Position numbers and translations under genes: made by a program. The notes beneath the pieces are model-generated. The model worked only from the letters and a program-made list of their open reading frames with translations. It made no database searches and was not told where the DNA came from. A stretch of DNA of 64,000 nucleotides from an uncultured Streptococcus sp. (GTDB taxonomy: Bacteria > Bacillota > Bacilli > Lactobacillales > Streptococcaceae), in NCBI RefSeq assembly GCF_934229725.1, contig NZ_CAKQDX010000010.1; one strand, given 5' to 3'. Numbering within the stretch: position 1 is the stretch's first letter; each line of letters starts with the position of its first letter. Below, one piece after another: positions 1-9,848 of this stretch.

Positions 1-373
1 TATCATTGTAAACCAATGCACCAATACCAGCAGACATCTTTTCGTAAACATGATATTCATAGAGATTTTCTGAAACTGATATTACTTGTTGAGTTTCCTC
101 TTTTTGAACAAAGTCACGTGCATATTCTACTACTTGCTTTTTACCTTTATTCGACAATGTATTATACAGACGAACAATCTCAATTTCTGTAAAATAACCT
201 TTTGGTACTCTTAGTATTTGTTCTAGTCGTTGAACTTTCTCCTTGGATGGTTCTTTTACTCCACGTTCCCATGCAGAATAGGCTTGATAGCTGATTCCTA
301 ATTGATCCGCTATATCTTTTTGAGTCATTTTTAGCTCTTTTCTACGAGCTTTTAGTTTTTCTGGTTGATACAT
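1..373 (-). CDS. XRE-family helix-turn-helix transcriptional regulator (phage/ICE repressor-like); partial, C-terminus runs off the window start
   Basis: Minus-strand ATG at 373..371 preceded by GAGGTG. Translation begins MYQPEKLKARRKELKMTQKDIADQLGISYQAYSAWERG, a typical XRE/Cro-CI HTH. Lies immediately downstream of the ImmA-like gene (8-nt gap). Confidence 0.7.
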   Translation of the reverse strand, partial: MYQPEKLKARRKELKMTQKDIADQLGISYQAYSAWERGVKEPSKEKVQRLEQILRVPKGYFTEIEIVRLYNTLSNKGKKQVVEYARDFVQKEETQQVISVSENLYEYHVYEKMSAGIGALVYND

Positions 374-381
374 AGTTCACC

Positions 382-1104
382 TCACATTAATAGTAACTGT
401 AATTCTGCCTTTTTTCTTGCCTCTTCATCTGAGAATTTTTCTTTATCCCAGACATATGCAATCGACTTTCCCTTGTTATAAACAAGCCACGTTTTTAAAT
501 TGCCATTATTATCTTTAATTGCTTTCCAGTTATCTTGATTCAATAAATCTGGGTATTCTAGACTCGTTGTAAAGCCTACTTTTCTAACTCTCTGCTTAAC
601 CTGATTAATAAGGGAAGGTTGAAACTGATGGAACTCCTCGATAATTTGTTCTCTAATATCATGAAACAAACGTAAAATAGAACTGTTCTTCCCTTCAATA
701 TAGGTCTCAACTGCTTGTTTGATTTCACTATCTTTACCAAGATAATATTCCCGTAGAAAGTCTAAAAGACGAAAAAATAAAGCCTGTTTTGAAACTTCGA
801 GACTATTTTGTACTTGATGGAAGGTCTTGCAACTATAGTATATTTTTGATAAAAGAACAATATCTGGCATCAATACCACTGCAGAAAAGATATTTGCTTC
901 TCGCTCTAGCAAGTTCTCTTGATTATCAATCAATTCTGCAAAATAATTTCCTTCATGTTTAAGAATAAAGTGACCTAACTCATGGCATAAGGTGAAATTC
1001 TGCTTTACTTTTAGGTTATCTCTTTCATAAGAGAAACTAGTTCCCAATTCATCAACTACTGTCAAACCTTCTATCTTATGGTTAGAAAAGTGGTGACTAA
1101 TCAC
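382..1104 (-). CDS. ImmA/IrrE-family metallo-endopeptidase (anti-repressor protease of mobile elements)
   Basis: 240-aa ORF with HEXXH zinc motif (CHELGHFILKH). Paired with the adjacent XRE regulator as in ImmR/ImmA modules. GTG start at 1104 is uncertain (no clear SD). Confidence 0.65.
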   Translation of the reverse strand: MISHHFSNHKIEGLTVVDELGTSFSYERDNLKVKQNFTLCHELGHFILKHEGNYFAELIDNQENLLEREANIFSAVVLMPDIVLLSKIYYSCKTFHQVQNSLEVSKQALFFRLLDFLREYYLGKDSEIKQAVETYIEGKNSSILRLFHDIREQIIEEFHQFQPSLINQVKQRVRKVGFTTSLEYPDLLNQDNWKAIKDNNGNLKTWLVYNKGKSIAYVWDKEKFSDEEARKKAELQLLLM

Positions 1105-1221
1105 TTGAATTTGGTACTTTTGGATACAATACTGAAAAAAAATAATTGAAACTATAATTCAATAATGAGATATTATTATCCTTAATGTACTGGTATAACA
1201 CTTGTTTTGTTGCACTATATT

Positions 1222-1479
1222 TTACAATTTATCATTTATAATAGCGTTTGTTCTATCATCGTCGTATCGAATACTATCAATCTCCGGTGTATAAATCCAT
1301 CCCATATTCTCTATCAACATAACTAAATCCGGTTCTGTCCCCTTCTTATGAGGAATATGCTGAGCATAGTAAACAGAGTTAAATTTTAAATTAATAAAGA
1401 TAAATAGGCTCATTCCTAAGGCTGTAACCAACCCTATAAATAGTCCTACAAAAATCCCTAAAATATTTCTTTTTTGCAT
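1222..1479 (-). CDS. Small membrane protein, hypothetical (one N-terminal TM helix)
   Basis: 85-aa ORF with a hydrophobic N-terminus (ILGIFVGLFIGLVTALGMSLFIFI), same strand and immediately upstream of the ImmA/XRE pair. Confidence 0.4.
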   Translation of the reverse strand: MQKRNILGIFVGLFIGLVTALGMSLFIFINLKFNSVYYAQHIPHKKGTEPDLVMLIENMGWIYTPEIDSIRYDDDRTNAIINDKL

Positions 1480-1692
1480 TCTTTTCTTCTCTTTCTTTTT
1501 CTATCTCCAATCAAATGTTGACTGGATTGACAATAAACCATTGTACATTATTTATCACAAGTCTTACAATTTAAAAATTTCTTTCTTTTGTAATTGGTCC
1601 AATAGTTTTTTGCTAAAACCTCTTGATAACTTTGTTCTAAACAGACTGAACGCACCTATAATGCCAGATTCTCTTCAGTATCCCTCCTTACT

Positions 1693-1720
1693 TTGTCAAT
1701 CAAGCTAAACATGGTATAAT
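1693..1720 (+). promoter_or_regulatory. Sigma-A promoter for ybaB: TTGTCA(1693-1698)-16 nt-TGgTATAAT (extended -10, TATAAT 1715-1720)
   Basis: Read directly from the sequence; about 100 nt upstream of the ybaB start. Confidence 0.5.
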
Positions 1721-1820
1721 AGTTGAGGTTTTGACTGCCTCTTCTATTAGGCAAAATAAGGCATCAAATTTTAACAAACAGGGGCTAAACCCTTGGTATG
1801 AAAGGAATCTAGAAAATATT

Positions 1821-2120
1821 ATGATGAACATGCAAAACATGATGAAGCAAGCTCAAAAGCTTCAGAAACAAATGGAAAAAAGCCAAGCTGAGTTGGCTGC
1901 TACAACTTTCACTGGAAAATCAGCCCAAGACTTAGTCGTTGCTGAATTAACTGGTGACAAAAAAGTGGTCAACATCACTTTTGCTGATGCTGTTGTGGAC
2001 CCTGATGATGTAGAAACACTCCAAGATATGACTGTTCAAGCCCTTAATGATGCTCTCGGACAAATTGACGAAGCGACTAAAAAATCAATGGGTGCCTTTG
2101 CAGGTAAATTGCCATTCTAA
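1821..2120 (+). CDS. ybaB: YbaB/EbfC-family nucleoid-associated DNA-binding protein
   Basis: Translation [54 protein letters not shown] matches the YbaB/EbfC family. Internal ATG at 1821 has RBS AAAGGAA 13 nt upstream. The track ORF starts earlier at 1731 without an RBS. Confidence 0.85.
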
Positions 2121-2238
2121 AGAATTTAAAGGAATCTTGCAATTCCTTTTTCTATGCACTTATTTCGCAAATCAATCATAAAACAAAAGGCTTGGACAAA
2201 TCACGTCCAAGTCTTTTTGTCGTCATTAATTAAAACTG

Positions 2239-2856
2239 TTACTCCTCAACCAGACCAAGGCCTGACTGAGCATCTTCTTCGTTTGCTTCTTTAGAACGAT
2301 TCTTTTGACCTAAATAAATGCTAGCTGAATCTAATGAGCTCTCCAAAGTAGGATAATTCACATCATCATTCACCGTTCTTGAAGGCACAGGTCCTGAGAT
2401 TAATAGCTCATCATCATTCTTCACATAAATCTTATATTCACCGACTTCACTAGTCTGCGCTAAAATTTCATCCAATAAATTTGAGTCGCTAGATTGAGTT
2501 GCTCCTTCAACGACTTGATTTTCATCCTGCTTTTGCTCTGATGAATCCACTGCTTCTGTGATAACAATATAGTCAGGTGCTTCCTCACTAGATGGCTTAT
2601 CAGCTTCCTTATCTTGATCTGGTTGGCTAGAAGAATCCTGAGACTTGTTATCTTGAGTAGAAGCTTCATGTTTGCTTTCTGCCTCATCACTAAGCAGTTT
2701 CGTCTTAGTCTGATTGGGGTCCGAATTAACCTGAGACGCCCCTTTTGCATCAGCCGATGCGATACTGGTACCCATGAATAGAACAAAAATCCCTAAAGTC
2801 GAGACCAAGCCAATCATTAGTTTACGAAATAGACTATTATCTTTTTTCTTAATCAT
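2239..2856 (-). CDS. Secreted or membrane-anchored acidic low-complexity protein, hypothetical
   Basis: 205 aa. N-terminal signal/anchor (MIGLVSTLGIFVLFMGTSIASA) followed by a Ser/Asp/Glu/Gln-rich region. No recognisable domain. Confidence 0.45.
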   Translation of the reverse strand: MIKKKDNSLFRKLMIGLVSTLGIFVLFMGTSIASADAKGASQVNSDPNQTKTKLLSDEAESKHEASTQDNKSQDSSSQPDQDKEADKPSSEEAPDYIVITEAVDSSEQKQDENQVVEGATQSSDSNLLDEILAQTSEVGEYKIYVKNDDELLISGPVPSRTVNDDVNYPTLESSLDSASIYLGQKNRSKEANEEDAQSGLGLVEE

Positions 2857-3836
2857 AACTCCCTCACTATGTTTTTGTTAGCTTCGGTTAACTAACATGA
2901 GTCCTAGATGCTGCTGTTGATCGAATGAAGGTCATACTGAACTCATCTTATAAACCTTCATTATGCTATCTATCTTAACACTCAAAAGCTTTCGTTTCAA
3001 GCGATTCCTTAATTTTTAAGCATTTTAAATAAATAAAAAATTCATGTCCTAAAATTGATGAAAATCTATTATCAGATTAAGCTTTTAAGCCTAGACAAAT
3101 GGTAAATTCTTTAAGCAATGCTCAGCAAACCAAAGATTTGTCGGCTAAAGTGCCAATAAAAGAGCTACTTTGCGCCAAACGTCTATCGGATACCTTCATA
3201 GTGTCCAAACACTTTCAAAGCAACTATAAAAAAATAGCCCTAAAAGAAAAAGCTAACCTTCTATTAATTAAATAAATGATTATAAAAAGATTAGTAACCT
3301 ATATCTCTAAAACCCTGTTTTAAAAAGTCTTAATAGATTTAATAAATACAACTCCTTCAGAAAACCTCATATAGTTTAAATTTTAAGTTTAGTTATAGTT
3401 ATCTTTATTAGCATTTCTTTATTCCATGAAAACAAAGGAAACTACTAAAGATGATGCTAAGGATCAACTCTCTCATATACTACTCATCCCATAACATTTG
3501 TATCTTATCAGCTCTAACGTGCTAAATACACCGACCTTAACTCCTCTATTACGGCAAACAAGTGTTAAAATTGGAGAAAACACTTGGTAAAACACTAAAA
3601 ATAGCCTAACTTTATAACCAAATGACCAAATCGGAGACTCACAAAAAGCTCATTTACTAAACTATTTTCTCATATGTAAACGCTTCACACACATCTCTAT
3701 CACATGTAAGAAAAACTTGCTATGTTTTAGTATTTTTTTAGCATAAACGCTAGATATTTCAAGGAAAATCCGTTACAATGAGATAAGGAAAGATAGGTAA
3801 TTAACAGCATCATTATTTCATATGAAAGGGAAATTC

Positions 3837-4538
3837 ATGGCTTATATTCAAATGAAGCATAGCTATAAACGCTATAAAACCGGTGATCTGGAAATTATCG
3901 CAAATAATGACGTAAGCTTTGAAATTGAAAAAGGGGAGCTTGTCGTCGTTCTCGGTGCCTCCGGTGCAGGGAAATCAACCGTTCTTAACATCTTAGGTGG
4001 TATGGACACCAATGACGAAGGCCGCGTCATTATTGATGGTAAGGATATCTCTGAATACTCAGCTAGGGAACTTACGACTTATCGTCGTGAGGACGTTGGT
4101 TTTGTATTCCAATTTTACAACTTAGTTTCAAACCTTACGGCCAGGGAGAACGTTGAGTTAGCATCTGAAATCGTTCCAAACGCCAAAGATGCCTCACAAA
4201 CACTTGTCGAAGTCGGTTTAGGGGACCGCTTGGACAACTTCCCATCACAACTATCTGGTGGGGAACAACAACGTGTCGCTATTGCACGTGCCGTTGCCAA
4301 AAATCCAAAGATTCTTCTTTGTGATGAACCGACGGGGGCTCTGGATTATCAAACAGGGAAACAAATCCTAACCCTCCTTCAAGACATGGCGCGCAAACAG
4401 GGAACAACTGTTATTATTGTTACCCACAATGCTTCTCTAGCTCCAATTGCTGATCGTGTGATCCAAATGCACGATGCCAAGATTAAGAGTGTGGAAACTA
4501 ATCCCAACCCACAAAAAATCGAGGACTTGGAGTACTAG
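3837..4538 (+). CDS. ABC transporter ATP-binding protein (MacB/FtsE-like, antimicrobial-peptide-exporter type)
   Basis: Walker [10 protein letters not shown], signature [14 protein letters not shown], Walker [16 protein letters not shown] at 3837 has RBS GAAAGGG 6 nt upstream (the track start at 3822 has none). Followed 15 nt later by the FtsX permease gene. Confidence 0.9.
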   Translation: MAYIQMKHSYKRYKTGDLEIIANNDVSFEIEKGELVVVLGASGAGKSTVLNILGGMDTNDEGRVIIDGKDISEYSARELTTYRREDVGFVFQFYNLVSNLTARENVELASEIVPNAKDASQTLVEVGLGDRLDNFPSQLSGGEQQRVAIARAVAKNPKILLCDEPTGALDYQTGKQILTLLQDMARKQGTTVIIVTHNASLAPIADRVIQMHDAKIKSVETNPNPQKIEDLEY

Positions 4539-4552
4539 AAAGGAGCACCGTC

Positions 4553-7195
4553 ATGAAAAAAACAACTTATTGGAAAGATGTTTGGCGAACCTTTGTAGCT
4601 TCTAAAGGGCGTATGCTCTCTATTGCCTTGCTTATGGCACTCGGATCCTTTGCTTTGATTGGTCTTAAGGTCACTTCTCCTAATATGAAAACAACAGGAG
4701 AACACTTCTTCAAGGCCCATCAGACAGCTGACTTGAGCTTAATCAGTACTTACGGTATTAACAAAACCGATCAAGACCTTCTTAATACAGTCAAAAAGAA
4801 GAATGTTGACATTGAGTATGGTTATTTCAAAGATGCTGTTATCAAGGGCACAAATACGACATTTCGTATCTTCTCAAAACCTAAAAAAATCTCTACCTAT
4901 GACCTTGTTGAGGGGAAGCTTCCTAATAAGGATGGGGAGATTGCTCTTTCTTCAACCTATAAAGAAGAATACAGTGTAGGAGATAAGATTAATTTTTCTG
5001 AGCCAGTAGATAGCTCTGGGCAAAAACAGTTAAAGGAACAAACATATACCATTACTGGTTTTGTCAATTCCTCTGAACTCCTCTCCAAGAATCGTCTTGG
5101 TAATGCCAGTGCAGGTACCGGAAAACTAGACGGCTATGCCGTTGTGCCGAAGACAGATTTCAACGCTAATAACTACATGATTGCTCGAATCCGTTACCAG
5201 GATTTGGCAAATGTGAGTCCTTTTAGTAAGAAATATGCGGATAAAATTTCAGAAAGAAAAGCTGAACTCAAGGACCTCTTTAAAGACGAGCCTGAGAAAC
5301 GCTTAACTGAAATCAAGTCCCAAACTCAAGCTCAAATTACGCAAGGAAAACAAGAGCTTGAAGCAGCACGCACCCAGACTCAGCAGATGACAACAACCAA
5401 CGCTGCTGAGGCAGCAAGTGTAAAAGAGGCTACTACCAAGATTGAAGCTAAGCAAAAAGAACTCGAAGAAAGTCAAGCAATGCTGGACAATATGCCAGCC
5501 CCTAGCTACAAGTTCTACTCTCGTCGAGAAATTCCGGGTTCAGATGGGTATGTTGCTTACGAGAGTAACATCAACATCATCCATGATGTCAGCAACATCT
5601 TCCCTGTAGCCCTCTACTTTATGGCAGCCTTAGTTACCTTTGTAACCATGGGACGCTTTGTTGAAGAAGAACGAGGAAAAGCCGGTATCCTTAATGCACT
5701 GGGGTATAACAATTCACGTATTATCCACAAATTCGTCATTTATGGATTAATTACTAGTATTGCTGGTACAGCTGCAGGGGTTATTACAGGACATACTCTA
5801 CTTCCAGTACTCATTCACAACACTTATAAGAACGATTTGCAACTACCTGCTTTTGAGTTGCACTTCTACTTAGGGCTTACCCTAATCGCCTTTCTTTTAG
5901 GGCTCTTATCCGCTGTACTTCCTGCCTATGCGGTTGCTAAGAAAGAACTCTGGGAAAAACCTTCCCAACTGCTCCTTCCAAAGCCACCTCGTGCAGGAGC
6001 TAAGATTGTCCTAGAGCGCATTACACCTCTTTGGAGACGTCTTAGTTTCAAAGAAAAAGTTACCATGCGTAATATTTTCCGCTATAAACAACGGATGTTT
6101 ATGACCCTCTTTGGAGTCGCAGGCTCTATCGCTCTGCTCTTCGCAGGTTTAGGAATTCGTTCTTCCGTATCTAATCTTAACCAGCAACAGTTTGAAGACA
6201 TCATTCACTATGATATGATTGTCGCTAAACAACCGAATACATCAAGTGCCTTTGATGAGCAACTCACAAAGCTCCTTGATAGCAAAGACGTCAAAGAATA
6301 CTTGAATATTCATTTTGAAACCTTACAAAAAATTGCTGGTAACAATAAGGATACCCAAGAAATCTCGACGATTGTCTTTAACGACCATGATGAGAAAATC
6401 ATTAATAGTTACGTTAGCATGAGAGACCGAGCACATAACAAAACGCTTAAATTATCTAATGATGGAGCTATTATCTCTGAAAAAATGGCCAAACTCCTTA
6501 ACCTCAAGGTTGGCGATACCATTACTGTACAAAACAGTCAGGAAGAATCCGTCAAGATTAAAATTGCTGGTATCACAGAAATGTACATGGGACATTTCCT
6601 CTTTATGAATGCTAGCTACTATCAAAAAGCCTTTGGTACACCTTCGGTGAATAATGCCAATCTCGTCAGTCTGGCTGAACCTACCAAGCAAAATGTGGAA
6701 AACATGGCAGCTAAATTCATCAACTTGCCAAATGTTTACGGCGTTGTTCAAAACAACAACCTCAAGTTGCAAATCAGCACCATGGTCAATTCCTTAACGC
6801 AAGTTATTGGTATCTTGATTACCGTTTCCATTCTTCTTGCTGTGGTTGTCCTTTACAATCTGACCAACATCAATGTCTCTGAACGTATCCACGAGCTCTC
6901 AACCGTTAAGGTTCTTGGTTTCTACAATAATGAAGTATCCCTCTACATCTATCGTGAAACCATTTATCTATCTATTATCGGAATCTTCGTCGGATTTGGT
7001 CTTGGACAGGCACTTCACCAATATATGGTAAGCATTATCCCACCAGATCGTATCATGTTTGATCCATCTATTGGACTTGCTACCTACCTTTTACCAGCTG
7101 TTCTCATTGTCTTAATCCTTATTATCCTCGGCTTCGTTGTTAATAACCGCCTAGCCAAGCTTAATATGCTCGAAGCTCTAAGTTCAGTTGAATAA
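4553..7195 (+). CDS. ABC transporter permease with two FtsX domains and a long extracytoplasmic coiled-coil insert (MacB-like)
   Basis: 880 aa. Multiple TM helices at N- and C-terminal ends (FtsX-like blocks ending ...LEALSSVE). Central coiled coil rich in Q/E/K. Operon partner of the ATPase. Confidence 0.85.
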   Translation: MKKTTYWKDVWRTFVASKGRMLSIALLMALGSFALIGLKVTSPNMKTTGEHFFKAHQTADLSLISTYGINKTDQDLLNTVKKKNVDIEYGYFKDAVIKGTNTTFRIFSKPKKISTYDLVEGKLPNKDGEIALSSTYKEEYSVGDKINFSEPVDSSGQKQLKEQTYTITGFVNSSELLSKNRLGNASAGTGKLDGYAVVPKTDFNANNYMIARIRYQDLANVSPFSKKYADKISERKAELKDLFKDEPEKRLTEIKSQTQAQITQGKQELEAARTQTQQMTTTNAAEAASVKEATTKIEAKQKELEESQAMLDNMPAPSYKFYSRREIPGSDGYVAYESNINIIHDVSNIFPVALYFMAALVTFVTMGRFVEEERGKAGILNALGYNNSRIIHKFVIYGLITSIAGTAAGVITGHTLLPVLIHNTYKNDLQLPAFELHFYLGLTLIAFLLGLLSAVLPAYAVAKKELWEKPSQLLLPKPPRAGAKIVLERITPLWRRLSFKEKVTMRNIFRYKQRMFMTLFGVAGSIALLFAGLGIRSSVSNLNQQQFEDIIHYDMIVAKQPNTSSAFDEQLTKLLDSKDVKEYLNIHFETLQKIAGNNKDTQEISTIVFNDHDEKIINSYVSMRDRAHNKTLKLSNDGAIISEKMAKLLNLKVGDTITVQNSQEESVKIKIAGITEMYMGHFLFMNASYYQKAFGTPSVNNANLVSLAEPTKQNVENMAAKFINLPNVYGVVQNNNLKLQISTMVNSLTQVIGILITVSILLAVVVLYNLTNINVSERIHELSTVKVLGFYNNEVSLYIYRETIYLSIIGIFVGFGLGQALHQYMVSIIPPDRIMFDPSIGLATYLLPAVLIVLILIILGFVVNNRLAKLNMLEALSSVE

Positions 7196-7201
7196 GCTAA
7201 A

Positions 7202-7237
7202 AACGCCTGAGAAGTAATTCTCAAGCGTTTTTTTATA
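7202..7237. terminator. Bidirectional rho-independent terminator between the convergent ABC permease and MerR-like genes
   Basis: aaACGCCTGAGAAgtaaTTCTCAAGCGTttttttt: 11-bp stem with one mismatch, A-run before and T-run after. Confidence 0.8.
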
Positions 7238-7247
7238 TTCGATAAAT

Positions 7248-7985
7248 TTATTTCGTTTTAGTCTTAGCCAACTCCAAACAGTAGGTCTTAACATGACAAT
7301 GAGGGCAAGTCAACTTACGAGTCCTAGGTGTATGTCCAGAAATGGCAAACTCTTTAAAACTTGGATCAAAGGTCCTATGACAATTAGGACAAAGGTATTC
7401 AAACTGATTTCTATAGTGAAACATCACTAAATTCACTACTATAATATAAGCAGGACAGACAACAAACAAACCTCTAGGATCCTTAAAATAATAAATGACT
7501 ATCAGCAGGGCTATGATATAAAGAAGACTCGCTAGACTGATGCTCCCAAATATTCTCAACTGCAAATGACGCCATGATTTTTGATTTTCCATAAGACGTG
7601 AAATGTCTGACAAATCTTCCAACGAAAGTTGATGTCGTTTAGCAGTTGCTTTTTGCAAGTGACGGGCACGTTTTAGTTTGACCTCTATTTCCTCTGAAGA
7701 CTTTTCCAAGCTCTCGATTTGATCTGTCAACAAAAGCTCTAAAACCTGTTCCCTATTCTCCTCTTGCAAGAGTTTTTTGATTTGATTAATTGAGAAATCC
7801 AAATCTCTTAAGAAACAAATGACTTGCAGGCGTTCCAAATCTGATTCGTGATAGATTCTCCGACCACCTTCTGTGACTTCAGATGGCGTCAAAATACCAC
7901 GTTGATCATAGTACTGGACAGTCCTAACAGACACCTCTGCTGCTTTAGCCAACTCTCCTGTTGAAAACTGCGACATCTCAGTCAC
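7248..7985 (-). CDS. MerR-family transcriptional regulator with C-terminal transmembrane segments and a CxxC...CxxC zinc ribbon
   Basis: N-terminus FSTGELAKAAEVSVRTVQYYDQRGILTPSEVTEGGRRIYHESDLERLQVICFLRDL is a canonical MerR HTH. Coiled-coil linker. Two hydrophobic helices (ISLASLLYIIALLIVIYYF, FVVCPAYIIVVNLVMF). Then CPNCH...CPHCH. Confidence 0.75.
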   Translation of the reverse strand: MTEMSQFSTGELAKAAEVSVRTVQYYDQRGILTPSEVTEGGRRIYHESDLERLQVICFLRDLDFSINQIKKLLQEENREQVLELLLTDQIESLEKSSEEIEVKLKRARHLQKATAKRHQLSLEDLSDISRLMENQKSWRHLQLRIFGSISLASLLYIIALLIVIYYFKDPRGLFVVCPAYIIVVNLVMFHYRNQFEYLCPNCHRTFDPSFKEFAISGHTPRTRKLTCPHCHVKTYCLELAKTKTK

Positions 7986-8150
7986 CTCCTTTTAAGATTT
8001 TCCATCAAAGGAGGACCTTGGCCACCCTTGATACCTAGATTCTACCTTATAACGCAAGGTGACAAGCAAGCCCTAACCCTAAAGGATTTTCACTTCTTAC
8101 AGAAAAAGTTAGTCATCACTCTTTACAGCCTTTACAGCTCCTGTAAAGCT

Positions 8151-8741
8151 TTAGTCGAAGAGACCGCCTAAACCTAGTGCAGCAAAAGGATTGTTACTGA
8201 CTTCTTCCTGTTGCTCCAGAAGTTTTGCATTCTCATCTAATTCGAGAAACTTCTCGTAAATCTGTGCGGTCATCCGAGCATCCTCCAAGCTGTTATGACC
8301 GTGTCCCTTGATTCCAAAGAAATCTGCGACACTGGTTAGCTTGAGGTTGACAATACCATTCAAATCCGAAGCACGACGGTCAAAGGCCTCATCGAAAACA
8401 TCTAAAACATATTTCTCTTCCAAGTCTAAACCATTTTCAGCTAGAATGGGCAAATCCGACTTAAGGGCATTGTAACCGATAAGTGGTGTATCACCAACAA
8501 ATGCCTTAAAATCCGCTAGAACGGACTCTAACTTCGGTGCCTTGGCAATCTTATCAGCTGTAATCCCCGTCAAACCATTGATAAAGGACTGCAAAGGAAC
8601 ATCCGAATAGACGAAAGAGTCAAACTGGCCCACTTCCTCATGCCGGTCCATCTTAACAGCTGACACCTGGATGATATGGCTAACGCCATCCACCGTGTTG
8701 AATTCCAAATCAAAGGCAATATAAGTTTCTACATTTTCCAT
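8151..8741 (-). CDS. DnaQ-like 3'-5' exonuclease (DEDDh family)
   Basis: Exo motifs FDLEFN (Exo I), YNALKSDLPIL (Exo II region), HNSLEDARMTAQIY (Exo III H-x4-D). 196 aa. Confidence 0.75.
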   Translation of the reverse strand: MENVETYIAFDLEFNTVDGVSHIIQVSAVKMDRHEEVGQFDSFVYSDVPLQSFINGLTGITADKIAKAPKLESVLADFKAFVGDTPLIGYNALKSDLPILAENGLDLEEKYVLDVFDEAFDRRASDLNGIVNLKLTSVADFFGIKGHGHNSLEDARMTAQIYEKFLELDENAKLLEQQEEVSNNPFAALGLGGLFD

Positions 8742-8790
8742 CTTTATCTCCTACAATAGTTAAAGCTGAGACTGAGTCCCAGCTTCTTTT

Positions 8791-9327
8791 TTATTTTCCA
8801 AATAGTCGTCCAAAGAACCCTTTTTTAGAAGCTTCTTCTTGTTTGGTTTGGATTTCTTCCACTTGAGCTTTGGCTTCATCAACCTCTACCTTAGCCTCAT
8901 CGAGTTCCAGTTTAAGCTCTTCCTTGTCCTTCATAGCAGTCAAGGTCAATTGTTGCTGTTGATCGATTTGCTTGTCTTTCTCAGCGATTTGAACGTCTTT
9001 GACACGCAATTGGTCATCCATGTTAGACAACTGCTCATCCTTAGCCTTCAACTGGGCATAGAGACGGGCAATCTCAGAGTTTTTCTCATCTACAAGAATC
9101 TCTAACAGCTCACGCTGCTTGGTTTCTTCATCAATAGGCTCATCGTCAAAGATAGTCTTCTTGTAGATTTCCTCCAACTTAATCAAGCCACTACGCTTAA
9201 CGACAGTAACCCCTTTTGCATTTTTTTCAGTATCTTCTTCTGGAAGTTGTTTGACACGATTATTGACTGCTTGACGACTAACGCCAAGGATTTCAGCAAT
9301 CTCGCTGACGGTCTTTTCAATACTCAT
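8791..9327 (-). CDS. HTH-domain protein with a long C-terminal coiled coil, hypothetical
   Basis: N-terminus MSIEKTVSEIAEILGVSRQAVNNRVKQL is an HTH. The remainder is a heptad-rich E/K/Q coiled coil ending in GFFGRLFGK. Perfect palindrome TGTCAA-T-TTGACA about 60 bp upstream (about 9386-9398). Confidence 0.6.
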   Translation of the reverse strand: MSIEKTVSEIAEILGVSRQAVNNRVKQLPEEDTEKNAKGVTVVKRSGLIKLEEIYKKTIFDDEPIDEETKQRELLEILVDEKNSEIARLYAQLKAKDEQLSNMDDQLRVKDVQIAEKDKQIDQQQQLTLTAMKDKEELKLELDEAKVEVDEAKAQVEEIQTKQEEASKKGFFGRLFGK

Positions 9328-9848
9328 AATAGCCTCATTTTCTCTTGAAATGTCTTACTATGAGAATATCATAATCACACCTTTCTGTCAATTTGACAAG
9401 ACAATTCCGCGTCCCTAGCATGGGTTTTTAGAGCCATTATGTTATCCCTAAATTCCTGAGCATTTTTCTTGATAGGCCATCAGTATTTTGATAGACTATT
9501 GCTCGGGTATAAATGTATTTTGAAGGATTTTTTGCTTAAACAATCAGTACTTAAAGGCTTATCTTTATTAGTACCAGATCTGTTGTATCTAGGAATGGTG
9601 GAGTCCTATTCCGCAAGACTTTGGACTTTTATTCTCTCTCCAATTGTCTGTGGTGCTCTTGCAACTATCGTTGCGAAGAATTTGCTTGATACAAAAGCAC
9701 AAGTCACATTATCTCCAACGATAGGTTTGTTGGGGATTTTTTGATGTTACGGCGTATTCCCATTACAAACTATTATGACTAAAGCAGATTGAAAAAAGCC
9801 CTAAAGTATGCCATAATAAACAAAAGCAAAATAGAAAGAAAAGGTCCT

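Noticed and set aside
2460-2786. 108-aa ORF in a second frame inside the 2239-2856 gene
   Set aside because: It is fully nested in an alternate frame of the longer secreted-protein ORF on the same strand, and has no independent RBS.
2857-3821. ~960-bp AT-rich region without ORFs of at least 60 aa, considered as a possible rRNA/ncRNA gene or pseudogene array
   Set aside because: No rRNA/tRNA-like conserved blocks or strong hairpins were recognised. Only very short ORFs without an RBS were found. It probably holds the promoter and regulatory region of the ABC exporter and/or decayed sequence. It is noted under the MerR/ABC finding rather than as a feature.
9469-9744. 91-aa plus-strand ORF between the HTH/coiled-coil gene and the DUF59 gene
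   Set aside because: No Shine-Dalgarno sequence. It lies in the promoter region of two divergent genes. The composition is unremarkable. It is kept only as a low-probability small membrane protein.
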